Shown here one piece after another: positions 46,971 through 56,176 of a stretch of 64,000 nt of DNA. The position numbers and the translations under genes were made by a program. This DNA is from Bacilli bacterium (GTDB taxonomy: Bacteria; Bacillota_I; Bacilli_A; RF39; UBA660). The stretch covers positions 72,831-136,830 of the forward strand of contig JAFXZI010000012.1 in the NCBI GenBank assembly GCA_017541325.1. The letters are read 5' to 3'. Within the stretch, counting starts at the first letter, position 1. Every line of letters begins with the position of its first letter. The notes under the pieces were generated by a model, which did no database searches, was not told the DNA's origin, and saw nothing but the letters and a program-made list of their open reading frames with translations.

Positions 46971-47764
46971 AGAATCACCATAAATAATAATAGTCCTAAA
47001 GTAACAAAGATAGAACTATCTAAACGATCTAGTATTCCTCCATGTCCTGGGATTAAATTAGAGAAATCTTTTTTATTATAAAATCTTTTAATGGCAGAAA
47101 ATACTAAATCTCCTATTTGTCCAACAATAGTAAGAACTAAAGTAACTACTGAAATAACTACCAAGTTAATACCAGGAGTTATAAAAGTAATAAAGAATAA
47201 TACTGATATTATAGTCCCCATAATACTACCACCAATTGATCCTTCAATTGTCTTTTTAGGAGATATACTTGTTAATTTTGTTCTACCTATAAACTTTCCT
47301 GTTACAAGTGCAAAAGTATCAGTAATACAACTAATTAAGAATATATATATAACATAACTTAAACTATAATTTCTAAGTAGTATTAATAAATTTAAACTAA
47401 TACCAATAAATAGTGTTGCACCTACTAGAAATAATGCATCATCTACATTATATTTCTTATTATCATTAATAAAGACAATTGGAAATAATAAGAAAAATAT
47501 CATAAATGCAACTAATCTATAATCTACAGTTATTATAAGATTACTAGATGTATAATTATTCATCGTTAAAAATGCAACTAAAACATAAGAGAACAATTCC
47601 ATAATAAATGGTATTTCTCTTTGACTACGTCTAACTTTAAATATTTCATATAAAGCCATAATTGAAACTAAAGTAACTAAAATATCAAATGGTAATCCTC
47701 CAATTACTAAAAGAGGAACACATATACATATAAGAATAAGTGCACTAATAATTCTTGTTTTCAT
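46967..47764 (-). CDS. cdsA: phosphatidate cytidylyltransferase
   Basis: Polytopic membrane protein. The C-terminal signature is [25 protein letters not shown]. Confidence 0.85.
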   Translation of the reverse strand: MKTRIISALILICICVPLLVIGGLPFDILVTLVSIMALYEIFKVRRSQREIPFIMELFSYVLVAFLTMNNYTSSNLIITVDYRLVAFMIFFLLFPIVFINDNKKYNVDDALFLVGATLFIGISLNLLILLRNYSLSYVIYIFLISCITDTFALVTGKFIGRTKLTSISPKKTIEGSIGGSIMGTIISVLFFITFITPGINLVVISVVTLVLTIVGQIGDLVFSAIKRFYNKKDFSNLIPGHGGILDRLDSSIFVTLGLLLFMVIL

Positions 47765-48457
47765 CTAACCACCAAACCTTCTTTTTCTTTTATTATATTC
47801 ATCTATTGCTAAATCAAATTGTTCACTTTTAAAATCAGGAAAATATACATTAGTAAAATACATTTCTGAATAAGCAAGTTGGTATAACATAAAATTACTA
47901 ATTCTTTCTTCTCCACTAGTTCTTATTAAAAAATCTATAGGTGGAAGATTATGATATAAATAATTATTAAAATCAAAATTATCTAAATCTACTTTTCCTT
48001 CTTTGTAATCAAGAGCTAATTTTTTAGCAGCATCTTCTATTTCAGCTTGACCACCATAATTTAAACAAATATTAAATGTACCAACTGTACCATTTTTTGT
48101 TCTCTCTTCTAAGGCATCTATAGCTTTTAAAACATCTTTTCTTAAGTTATCACGTCTTCCAGAAATAATAACTCTAATCCCATTTTTTTCAAACTTAGAA
48201 ACTGTACTTTTAAATTTCTTTATTAATAAATCCATCAAGTATCCAACTTCATCTTCACTTCTTTTAAAATTTTCTGTTGAGAATGCAAATACACTTAAAT
48301 ATTTAACACCACATTTAAATATATACATTCCTACTTCTTCTAATGTTTTACTACCTTCAAGATGACCTAAACTAGGATTCTTTCCTCTTTCTTTAGCCCA
48401 TCTTCTATTACCATCCATAATAATTGCCACATGTTTTGGCATAACTTTATCTTGCAC
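47765..48457 (-). CDS. uppS: isoprenyl transferase (undecaprenyl diphosphate synthase)
   Basis: HVAIIMDGNRRWAKERG plus RTSGEERISNFMLYQ. Confidence 0.9.
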   Translation of the reverse strand: MQDKVMPKHVAIIMDGNRRWAKERGKNPSLGHLEGSKTLEEVGMYIFKCGVKYLSVFAFSTENFKRSEDEVGYLMDLLIKKFKSTVSKFEKNGIRVIISGRRDNLRKDVLKAIDALEERTKNGTVGTFNICLNYGGQAEIEDAAKKLALDYKEGKVDLDNFDFNNYLYHNLPPIDFLIRTSGEERISNFMLYQLAYSEMYFTNVYFPDFKSEQFDLAIDEYNKRKRRFGG

Positions 48458-48507
48458 AACATCACCCTACTTAAAATTATAATATACTTTGACTCATTTT
48501 TAAAGAA

Positions 48508-48532
48508 AATAAAAAAATATATCAAAGATATA
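48508..48532 (-). terminator. terminator after khpA
   Basis: AAATATATCaaagGATATATTT hairpin (all A/T) followed by TTTTTTTATTTT on the minus strand. Confidence 0.45.
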
Positions 48533-48537
48533 TTTTA

Positions 48538-48786
48538 CTAAAAACTTTCTATATTTATTTTTACATATTTATTGTTATCTAGAAAACTACTAGCTTGAAC
48601 TAAAGTTCTTATTGCATTAGCTGTTTTACCATTCTTACCAATTACTCTTCCCATATCTTCATTATCAATCATAACTTCAATAAGGATTTCATTTTCATTG
48701 TCTGATGGAAATTCTTTTACATTAACAGAATCTTTATTAACAGCAACTGCTTTTACTAATTCTAATGTTAAAGCTACTAAATCCAT
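48538..48786 (-). CDS. khpA: KH-domain RNA-binding protein KhpA (YlqC family)
   Basis: 82 aa. VIGKNGKTANAIRTLV is the GxxG KH motif. It lies immediately downstream of rpsP, as in Bacillus. Confidence 0.8.
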   Translation of the reverse strand: MDLVALTLELVKAVAVNKDSVNVKEFPSDNENEILIEVMIDNEDMGRVIGKNGKTANAIRTLVQASSFLDNNKYVKINIESF

Positions 48787-48788
48787 AA

Positions 48789-49067
48789 TTATTTACTCTC
48801 TTTCTTTTTAGAATCAGCAAATTTTTGCATAACTCCAGCTTTACTTAATAGATTTCTAACAGTATCAGTTGGTTCTGCACCATTGTTTAACCATTTTAAT
48901 GCTACTTCTTCATTAATATTAACTGTAGCTGGATTAGTTAATGGATTATAAGTTCCAACTAATTCAATATATTGACCATCACGAGGACGTCTTGAATCAC
49001 TGGCAACTATTCTATAAACTGGTTTTTTCTTTGCACCCATTCTAGTTAATCTAATTTTAACTGCCAT
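48789..49067 (-). CDS. rpsP: 30S ribosomal protein S16
   Basis: Start corrected to [22 protein letters not shown] (GGGAGG RBS). 92 aa. Confidence 0.9.
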   Translation of the reverse strand: MAVKIRLTRMGAKKKPVYRIVASDSRRPRDGQYIELVGTYNPLTNPATVNINEEVALKWLNNGAEPTDTVRNLLSKAGVMQKFADSKKKESK

Positions 49068-49097
49068 ATTTACCTCCCACATCAAAACTTCATAAAT

Positions 49098-49126
49098 ATT
49101 ATATATGTTTATTAAAAAAGTGTCAA
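49098..49126 (-). promoter_or_regulatory. consensus sigmaA promoter for rpsP-khpA
   Basis: Minus-strand reading is TTGACA (49126-49121), a 17-nt spacer, then TATAAT (49103-49098). It lies about 30 nt upstream of the GGGAGG RBS. Confidence 0.6.
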
Positions 49127-49151
49127 GAAATTTTTGTTAACAATAAAAAAG

Positions 49152-49175
49152 AAGTATTAGAAATCTAATACTTCT
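49152..49175 (-). terminator. terminator after the ABC exporter gene
   Basis: GAAGTATTAGatttCTAATACTTC forms a 10-bp stem followed by TTTTTTATTG on the minus strand. Confidence 0.5.
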
Positions 49176-50890
49176 GGACTATATAACTTCTTATATAGCT
49201 TAGAACTCTTCATTAATTCTTTGTGATTTCCAGAATCAACTACTCTTCCTTCATCAACCATATAAATTAAATCAGCATCCATAATAGTAGAGAGTCTATG
49301 AGCAACTATTACGATAGTATGCGTTTTAACTAAGTCATCTATAGTCTTCTTTATATATTCTTGTGATTCATTATCAAGTGCAGATGTAGCTTCATCAAAT
49401 AAAATTACTTTAGTATTTTTAAGAAGTGTTCTAGCAATCGCAATACGTTGCTTTTGTCCTCCTGATAAGTTAACTCCACCTTCACCTATAACTGTTTCAT
49501 ATCCTTCTGGTAATGACATAATATAGTCATCTATATATGCAAGTTTACAAACATGTCTAACTTCTTCTAATGTAACATCTTCTTTAACTACTTTAAAGTT
49601 ATCCATAATACTTGTATTAAATAAATATGGTGTTTGTCTAATAACAGAAATATTATCTCTTAAACTATCTTCTGTTAAATCTTTTATATCAATACCATTT
49701 ACAAGAATACTACCATTAGTACTATCAAAGTATCTTAATAATAAATTGAATAAAGTTGATTTACCTTCACCAGATTTACCAACAACAGCGATCTTCTTAT
49801 TAGGTTCAATCTTCATATTAAAATCTTTAAGTACTAATTCTTCATCATCACGATATTTAAAGTCTACATGATCAAATGTAATATTTACTTTTTTATCTTT
49901 AAGAACTTTAGTTCCAAATTTTTCATCTGGATATAATTTATTATTAATGATTTCATCTATTCTTTTTAGTGAAACTGTTACTTTATTATAACTAATTCCA
50001 AATTCAGATAATGATTCAACTACATCATCTATTCTCCATATATACTTTTCAACTACGATAAAAGATGCAAGTGCTATATTACCATTAAATACTTGATATC
50101 CTAAAGTTAAAAGTATGAAAAATTGTATTACAAAATAACATAAGTTATTAAGTCCATAATAAATAGTTTCATTTACTCCAACTTTTCTTTGCTTATTAAA
50201 TAAATCTTCTATGTTAAGAAACATTCTTCTATTAATATTATCTTTTATTCCTAATGCTTTAATTTCTCTTATACCAGTAATATTTTGTGTTGCCACTTTA
50301 ACATATTTATCAGACTCTTTTTTAATATCTTCATGTATTCTTTTAAGTCTTGGATAATATACATTTGAAAGTAAAAACATAACAACACATAAGAATAATA
50401 ATTCAAGCCCTACATATATAGAAACTGTAAAAGTAATAAAGACAATTATAATAGCAATAACTAAACGACATGTTAATTTAATTAATCTATTTAAAAGATC
50501 TAAGATTCGATCTGGGTCATTAGTCATACGGTTTATGAATTCACCAACCCCTATATCTTCATGTCCAATCGCTACCATATCAGATACTTTTACATATAAA
50601 TCTTTTGTAACATTTTCCATGAATTTCTTTTCTAATTTGTTATATAAAAGACCTGTAGGTATTTGAATAAATACCCAGGCAATTAGAATTATCGAACTCC
50701 ACATAATTAAATATTTAAAAAATAAACCTTGATTTCCATCTGCAAGAGCTTGGAAAGCATTAGCCCATATGAAGGCATTTAATAATGGTTCAAAGTATTT
50801 AAGGACAGTAAGTATTAAATAAGTAATAAGTTTGGCTTTATCTTTCTTAAAATATCGAAACAATATTTTAAAATGTTTAATTTTTTTCAT
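49157..50890 (-). CDS. ABC transporter, fused permease/ATP-binding protein (type I exporter, MsbA/LmrA-like)
   Basis: Six N-terminal TM helices. Walker A is GKSGEGKST, the signature is LSGGQKQRIAIAR, and Walker B is ILFDEATSALD. A GGAGG RBS precedes it. Confidence 0.8.
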   Translation of the reverse strand: MKKIKHFKILFRYFKKDKAKLITYLILTVLKYFEPLLNAFIWANAFQALADGNQGLFFKYLIMWSSIILIAWVFIQIPTGLLYNKLEKKFMENVTKDLYVKVSDMVAIGHEDIGVGEFINRMTNDPDRILDLLNRLIKLTCRLVIAIIIVFITFTVSIYVGLELLFLCVVMFLLSNVYYPRLKRIHEDIKKESDKYVKVATQNITGIREIKALGIKDNINRRMFLNIEDLFNKQRKVGVNETIYYGLNNLCYFVIQFFILLTLGYQVFNGNIALASFIVVEKYIWRIDDVVESLSEFGISYNKVTVSLKRIDEIINNKLYPDEKFGTKVLKDKKVNITFDHVDFKYRDDEELVLKDFNMKIEPNKKIAVVGKSGEGKSTLFNLLLRYFDSTNGSILVNGIDIKDLTEDSLRDNISVIRQTPYLFNTSIMDNFKVVKEDVTLEEVRHVCKLAYIDDYIMSLPEGYETVIGEGGVNLSGGQKQRIAIARTLLKNTKVILFDEATSALDNESQEYIKKTIDDLVKTHTIVIVAHRLSTIMDADLIYMVDEGRVVDSGNHKELMKSSKLYKKLYSPEVLDF

Positions 50891-51099
50891 ATCTTACCTC
50901 CATAAAAAAATAACTATTTGGCATAGTTATTACAAGTTTATCTCAAGATTATAACACGTGAGAAAACTCACTAATAATTCTATCACCATTAAGTTTAAAT
51001 ATATTTTTTTGAATTTTTATGCTCATTTTCTCACTCCTCTCTTTTTAAAAATTCAATATAAACTTATCATAGATGCAAAAGGATGTCAACAACTTTTTG

Positions 51100-51621
51100 T
51101 TAACATCCACTTTTTTCTTTTTTTGGAAATTTTTGTTTTCCAATTGATAAATCTCTTGTTCTCTCAGCAACTTGATCTTCAAATTCTTGAACAGTTTCTA
51201 ATCTTCTACTTTCTTGTTCTAAAATTATATCCACTTCATCTTTAGCAATTCCTTCTTGATGAATTAAACTAAAAGTAATTAATGAATTAAGATGATTACA
51301 AGTTTGTTTAGCTTGTTGATATCCAGAAAATACTTCATGAACCAACCAAGCATTTGTACATTCTCCATCAACAATATCAGGAACTTCCATCATTCCATTT
51401 AATGACTGATAAGTTTTAAATGGAAAAACTACTTTATAAGCAGGAACTTGTTTTCCATCACCATAATATCTTGTTCTTTCTTCTGTTACAAAACATTTAG
51501 TTACAATATATGCTGATATTTGATAATTTGGCTCAATTCCATCTACACCAGCTTTAAATCCCTTACGTTCTAGCAATGGAAGAATTGCATATTTTATTGG
51601 ATAATTCATTCCTATTTCCAT
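51100..51621 (-). CDS. hypothetical cytoplasmic protein
   Basis: 173 aa. It has an AAGGAGAG RBS and its own promoter (TTGTAA, 16 nt, TGtTATAAT). I saw no recognisable motif. Confidence 0.4.
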   Translation of the reverse strand: MEIGMNYPIKYAILPLLERKGFKAGVDGIEPNYQISAYIVTKCFVTEERTRYYGDGKQVPAYKVVFPFKTYQSLNGMMEVPDIVDGECTNAWLVHEVFSGYQQAKQTCNHLNSLITFSLIHQEGIAKDEVDIILEQESRRLETVQEFEDQVAERTRDLSIGKQKFPKKEKSGC

Positions 51622-51682
51622 AATACTCTCTCCTTTTTTGTTAGGTTATTATAACACAGTTATTATTTTTTACAAGTAGAAT

Positions 51683-52327
51683 CTATTCTCCATCATAAAT
51701 ATATTCATATGTTGATTTTTTACCATCTCTATTTATTAGGCAAATCGCACAATTTTTAGGAGTTTTTTCTTTAGCATACCACTCTGGACTTTTATGAAAC
51801 CAATCCATTAAAAATGCTTTTATAACCGCTCCATGCGTAACAATTATTAAAGTATCTTTATCATCTCTAAAAATAGTATCAATAAATTGTTTAGTTCTAA
51901 GTGCAACATCAAAAGGGGCTTCTCCCTGTGGAAGTCTTGCATAAAACTTTCCTTCATTTTGATAATAATTATCATAAAAAGAAAATTGATCTGGATATTT
52001 TTCTTTTATTACATCTATTTCTTTATCACTAAAAAGTCCATATCTTTGTTCAATTAATGTAACATCTTCTCTAATATCTTTAATATCTAAATAAGAATTA
52101 ATAATAGATGCAGTCTCTCTTGTTCTTTCAAAAGGACTAACCCACATAACAGAATTATCTAAATCTATCTCATTATCTTTTAAATATTTTAATAAAAACT
52201 TTCCTGCTTTATCAGCTTGTTTCCTACCCTTATCAGTTAATATTACTTTATGATCAGGTAATCCTATTTTATAATTTTCTTTAGTGTTTTGCATTGATTC
52301 TCCATGTCTAACTAAGAATATTTTCAT
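51683..52327 (-). CDS. histidine phosphatase family protein (phosphoglycerate mutase-like)
   Basis: IFLVRHGESMQN is the RHGE catalytic motif. A later His (VTHGAVI) is present. 214 aa. Confidence 0.75.
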   Translation of the reverse strand: MKIFLVRHGESMQNTKENYKIGLPDHKVILTDKGRKQADKAGKFLLKYLKDNEIDLDNSVMWVSPFERTRETASIINSYLDIKDIREDVTLIEQRYGLFSDKEIDVIKEKYPDQFSFYDNYYQNEGKFYARLPQGEAPFDVALRTKQFIDTIFRDDKDTLIIVTHGAVIKAFLMDWFHKSPEWYAKEKTPKNCAICLINRDGKKSTYEYIYDGE

Positions 52328-52869
52328 ATTACTTCTTCTCCTTTTTGAACAAATTCTAAATACTCTTTTGCTGTTATATGTTTATTTGGCTTTATAAATT
52401 CATATATTTTTATCTCATTAAGTTCTAAATCATTAATATTATACTTTTTCAATGTATCTATATATTTTAAATATTGATATTTTAATAATTCTTCAAGAGA
52501 AGAAAACTCATGTATCCCTCTATTAAGATAGTCAGCATGTTCAAACCAATTCCATTTATCATTTTCTTTATAACATAAAAAACTATGAGTAGGATAATTA
52601 TTGTTATAAGATAGATCAACTATTTCAAAAAATGTTTTAACTTCATAATTATTTTTACTAAACCATTCTCTTTCAAATTCAACTTGATCCCAACAATTGC
52701 CTATTTTATTTTTTTCTATATCAGAACTACTAGATAAAATGTAATTATTAAACCAATCATCATTAAAATTCGAATCATTTTCTCTATATATTTTTCCACT
52801 TTTAGTTAAATATCCATAATTAATAGATTCCATATATTTTAATAGTTCTTTAGGATTATCTATATTCAT
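52324..52869 (-). CDS. hypothetical protein (possible Cys/His hydrolase fold)
   Basis: 181 aa. Its start abuts the ABC-F stop and its stop overlaps the next start, suggesting coupling. GNCWDQ and YPTHSF are candidate Cys/His residues only. Confidence 0.35.
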   Translation of the reverse strand: MNIDNPKELLKYMESINYGYLTKSGKIYRENDSNFNDDWFNNYILSSSSDIEKNKIGNCWDQVEFEREWFSKNNYEVKTFFEIVDLSYNNNYPTHSFLCYKENDKWNWFEHADYLNRGIHEFSSLEELLKYQYLKYIDTLKKYNINDLELNEIKIYEFIKPNKHITAKEYLEFVQKGEEVI

Positions 52870-54723
52870 TTAATCACCCACTAATCTAAACCAATCATTA
52901 TTTAATTCATCTAATTCTTTTTGCTTATTCTTTAATTTAATATTTATTTCATTTGCTTTATTATGATCTAAATACACTTCTTCAGTTAAAAGACTCTCTT
53001 CTAATTTTTTAATTTCTATTTCTAGTTTTTCAATTTTCTTTTCAAGATTTCTTATTTCTTTATTATTAGATTCTTTTCTTGTTTTCTTAATGTTTCTTTC
53101 TATAATTATTTCTTCTTTATTCTTTTCTTTTTCAATATACTCATCATATGTATACGGAAAATATTCTACATTAAAATCATTAAAAATTAATAATTCTGTA
53201 GATAGTTTTCTAACAAAATATCTGTCATGTGATACAAATATAACAGTACCTTTATAATCATTTAAAATATTTTCTAAATTTTCTTTAGATATTATATCCA
53301 TATGATTAGTAGGTTCATCTAAAAGTAAAATATTTGGTTTATTATATAAAATCTTACATAATTCAAGTCTGACTTTTTCTCCTCCAGATAATACTTCTAT
53401 TTTCTTAAATACATCTTCTCCTTTAAAAAGAAAAGCTCCAAGTGCGCTTCTTACTTCTTCATTAGATAGATTAGGATAAGTATTATGAAATTCATCAAAG
53501 ATAGTATTATCTTTTGAATTAAAAACTAAACTTTGATCAAAATATCCTACTTTAGCATTTACTCCATATTTATATTCTCCTGATATTTTAGGAATTAATT
53601 CATTTATAGTTTTTAAAAACGTACTTTTACCTGTACCATTTTTACCAATTATACCCAGTTTTCTTCCACTTTCTAATTCAAAATTAATCTTACATAATGG
53701 CTTATCATATCCAATTACTAAATCATTAACAGTTAAAGCAACACGTCCGGTTTTAGTGATACTATCCAAATTAATTTTAAAACTTCTTAAATCTTCTTTA
53801 TTAGGTTTATCTATAATATCCATTTTTTCTAGTTGATGAAGTCTAGACATAGCAAGTCCTGCTTTTTTAGGTTTATATCTAAATCTTTCATAAATTGTTC
53901 TTAATTTTTTAATTTCTTTTTGTTGTTCTAAATAATCATTCATTAAATTATTAAATCTTATATTTTTTTCTTTTTCAAAATTTTCATAATTACCAACATA
54001 TTTAACAGTTTTACCATAATCAATATCATAGATAATATTAACTATATTATTTAAGAATTCACGGTCATGGGAAATAAGTATTAGACTTTTACTATAGTTT
54101 TTTAGATAATCTTCAAGCCAAATAATAGTTTCAATATCTAAGTGATTAGTTGGTTCATCAAGTATTAGTAAATCTGGTTTTTGAAGTAATAATTTCATAA
54201 AAGCTATTTTTGTTCTTTGACCACCAGAAAATTCTGATATTTTTTTATTTTTATCTGATTCACTAAATTTAAACTTATTTAGCATTACTTCTATTTCTTT
54301 TTTGTAGGTATATCCTCCTAAATTACGGAATTGATTTTCTAAATCAGTATATTTACTAATAACATCTATAGATGCATTATTATTCATTTCTTCAACTAGA
54401 TTATTCAATCTATTTTCCATATCAATAATCATTTTAAAACTCTTTAATAATTCTTGATATAAAGTAATATCTAAATCATCTAAAGTAATTTGATCTAAAT
54501 AACCAACATTAAAAGAACCGATTTTAGTAAGTTCAAACTTTTCTTCTCCAATTCCCTCTTCTAACATAGAATTATCTATTATAGCTTTAACAAGAGTTGT
54601 TTTTCCTGTACCATTTTTACCTACTATACCTATTCGATCTTTATCATTAATATCAATATTTATTTCTTCTAAAATAGTATTACCATTTAAAGTAACTGCA
54701 CCATTTCTAATTCTAAATTTCAT
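52870..54723 (-). CDS. ABC-F family ATPase (tandem ABC domains, no TM domains; translation factor/ribosome-protection type)
   Basis: Two Walker A sites (GKNGTGKTT, GKNGTGKST) and two signatures (FSGGQRTKIAF, LSGGEKVRLEL). There is an interdomain linker and a C-terminal K/E-rich coiled coil. Confidence 0.85.
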   Translation of the reverse strand: MKFRIRNGAVTLNGNTILEEINIDINDKDRIGIVGKNGTGKTTLVKAIIDNSMLEEGIGEEKFELTKIGSFNVGYLDQITLDDLDITLYQELLKSFKMIIDMENRLNNLVEEMNNNASIDVISKYTDLENQFRNLGGYTYKKEIEVMLNKFKFSESDKNKKISEFSGGQRTKIAFMKLLLQKPDLLILDEPTNHLDIETIIWLEDYLKNYSKSLILISHDREFLNNIVNIIYDIDYGKTVKYVGNYENFEKEKNIRFNNLMNDYLEQQKEIKKLRTIYERFRYKPKKAGLAMSRLHQLEKMDIIDKPNKEDLRSFKINLDSITKTGRVALTVNDLVIGYDKPLCKINFELESGRKLGIIGKNGTGKSTFLKTINELIPKISGEYKYGVNAKVGYFDQSLVFNSKDNTIFDEFHNTYPNLSNEEVRSALGAFLFKGEDVFKKIEVLSGGEKVRLELCKILYNKPNILLLDEPTNHMDIISKENLENILNDYKGTVIFVSHDRYFVRKLSTELLIFNDFNVEYFPYTYDEYIEKEKNKEEIIIERNIKKTRKESNNKEIRNLEKKIEKLEIEIKKLEESLLTEEVYLDHNKANEINIKLKNKQKELDELNNDWFRLVGD

Positions 54724-54762
54724 ATTAACACCTGTATTTATTATAACAAAAAAAGGAGTACA

Positions 54763-56094
54763 TTACTCCTTTTCTTTTACCTTTTTCTTAGCTAAATTAA
54801 CATTTTTATATTCATAATCATCAGTTACTTCTTTAATTACTTTGAAATAATTTGGAATAACTATTTCTTGATCTTCAGAATTAAGTTCTATTTCAAGTAT
54901 TGCATTATTATCCCAGAAAGGATATACATCTAATTCAAAGTATTCATTTTTATAGCTAAGACAGTATCTATCTTTAATAATTTGATTTTTAGTTGGATCT
55001 GCATTAAATAACTCTTTCAAATATTCATCTTTAGTAAGTCTTTTTTCAACTTCTACTCTAGTAGCACCAGATACATTTACTTTACGAGTTTTAGAATAAG
55101 TATAATTACCATTAGATCCTCTTTGTCTTATTCTAACTTCTTCTCCATCAGGACTCTTTAAATATGTTTGAATAATTTGAACTTTAGTACAATTAGGTAG
55201 TTTTTCTAATAATTCTAAATCAGGCATTTCTATCAAAAATTTTCTTTCTATTTCGTAAGGTTCTGGTTCTCCCAAAAAATGACTAATCTCAATAAGTAAT
55301 CTCTTTATCTTAGTATCAAAATCAGTACTGTTATCAATAATTCTTAAATGAGGATGTCCAGTCCAAGCAGAAATTGTTTTATCATCAAGCCTTATTGCTT
55401 CTTCTTTTGTTTCCGTTCTAGCTTTATTTCCTAAATTATAAAATTCTTCTGCTCCTTTAGCAGCAGTTACTAAATGAAATACTGCATCATATGAATCTCT
55501 TAATTCTACTTCATTTAATCCTTTAGATTTTAGCATAAATTGAAAATCTTTATTACTAATATATGCTTTGTTATCTAGAGCACCACGATCACAAACAATT
55601 AATATTTTATCTTCTTTCATATTATAAGCACCTGTTGTAAAAATATTTTCTTTTGCTAGTTGTAAATCTAAAACAGTTGACTGATAATCCATATTAGATT
55701 TAGAATTCCATGGAGTAAGTCCTCCTGTTATTAATTCGGTAGCGGTTTCTGGTACAAATATTACTCCGTATCCTTGCTTAACAAAGAAGTTTTGTATCCA
55801 ATTCATCGCAGTACTTTTACCGGCACAAGGTCCTCCCGTTAGAACTATCTTAAATATTTTTTTCTCGGATTCATCACTTCCAGTCATTAATAATTCATCT
55901 AATGATATATCAAATACAACTGATAGCATTTGTAAGTTCTTGATAGATGGTCTACTACTTCCATTTTCCCATTTACTAATTGCTTTATTAGAAACACCAA
56001 GTTTTTCTGCTAATTCTTCTTGAGTAAGTCCCATGTTAGTTCTAAGACAATATATGTGATTACCTAATTTAAAATCTTTCATAACTACCTCCAT
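54763..56094 (-). CDS. three-domain protein: XRE-family HTH + NadR-type P-loop kinase/ATPase (AAA_28-like) + C-terminal CYTH (triphosphate tunnel metalloenzyme) domain
   Basis: The HTH is LTQEELAEKLGVSNKAISKWENG. The P-loop is KIVLTGGPCAGKST with Walker B LIVCDRG. The CYTH hallmarks are EIERKFLI (ExExK), VRIRQRG (RxRxxG) and ILEIELNSED (ExExE-like). Confidence 0.65.
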   Translation of the reverse strand: MEVVMKDFKLGNHIYCLRTNMGLTQEELAEKLGVSNKAISKWENGSSRPSIKNLQMLSVVFDISLDELLMTGSDESEKKIFKIVLTGGPCAGKSTAMNWIQNFFVKQGYGVIFVPETATELITGGLTPWNSKSNMDYQSTVLDLQLAKENIFTTGAYNMKEDKILIVCDRGALDNKAYISNKDFQFMLKSKGLNEVELRDSYDAVFHLVTAAKGAEEFYNLGNKARTETKEEAIRLDDKTISAWTGHPHLRIIDNSTDFDTKIKRLLIEISHFLGEPEPYEIERKFLIEMPDLELLEKLPNCTKVQIIQTYLKSPDGEEVRIRQRGSNGNYTYSKTRKVNVSGATRVEVEKRLTKDEYLKELFNADPTKNQIIKDRYCLSYKNEYFELDVYPFWDNNAILEIELNSEDQEIVIPNYFKVIKEVTDDYEYKNVNLAKKKVKEKE

Positions 56095-56176
56095 AATTAG
56101 AATATCATACTTATATTATTTTTATTCCAAAAAGAATATCTACCAATGGTAGAAATTAAAAAATAGTAGTTGCCTA

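Noticed and set aside
50958-51245. Plus-strand 95-aa ORF
   Set aside because: It overlaps the leader hairpins and the 3' end of the minus-strand gene 51100-51621. There is no RBS and the sequence is low-complexity Leu/Phe-rich, as expected from antisense AT-rich DNA.
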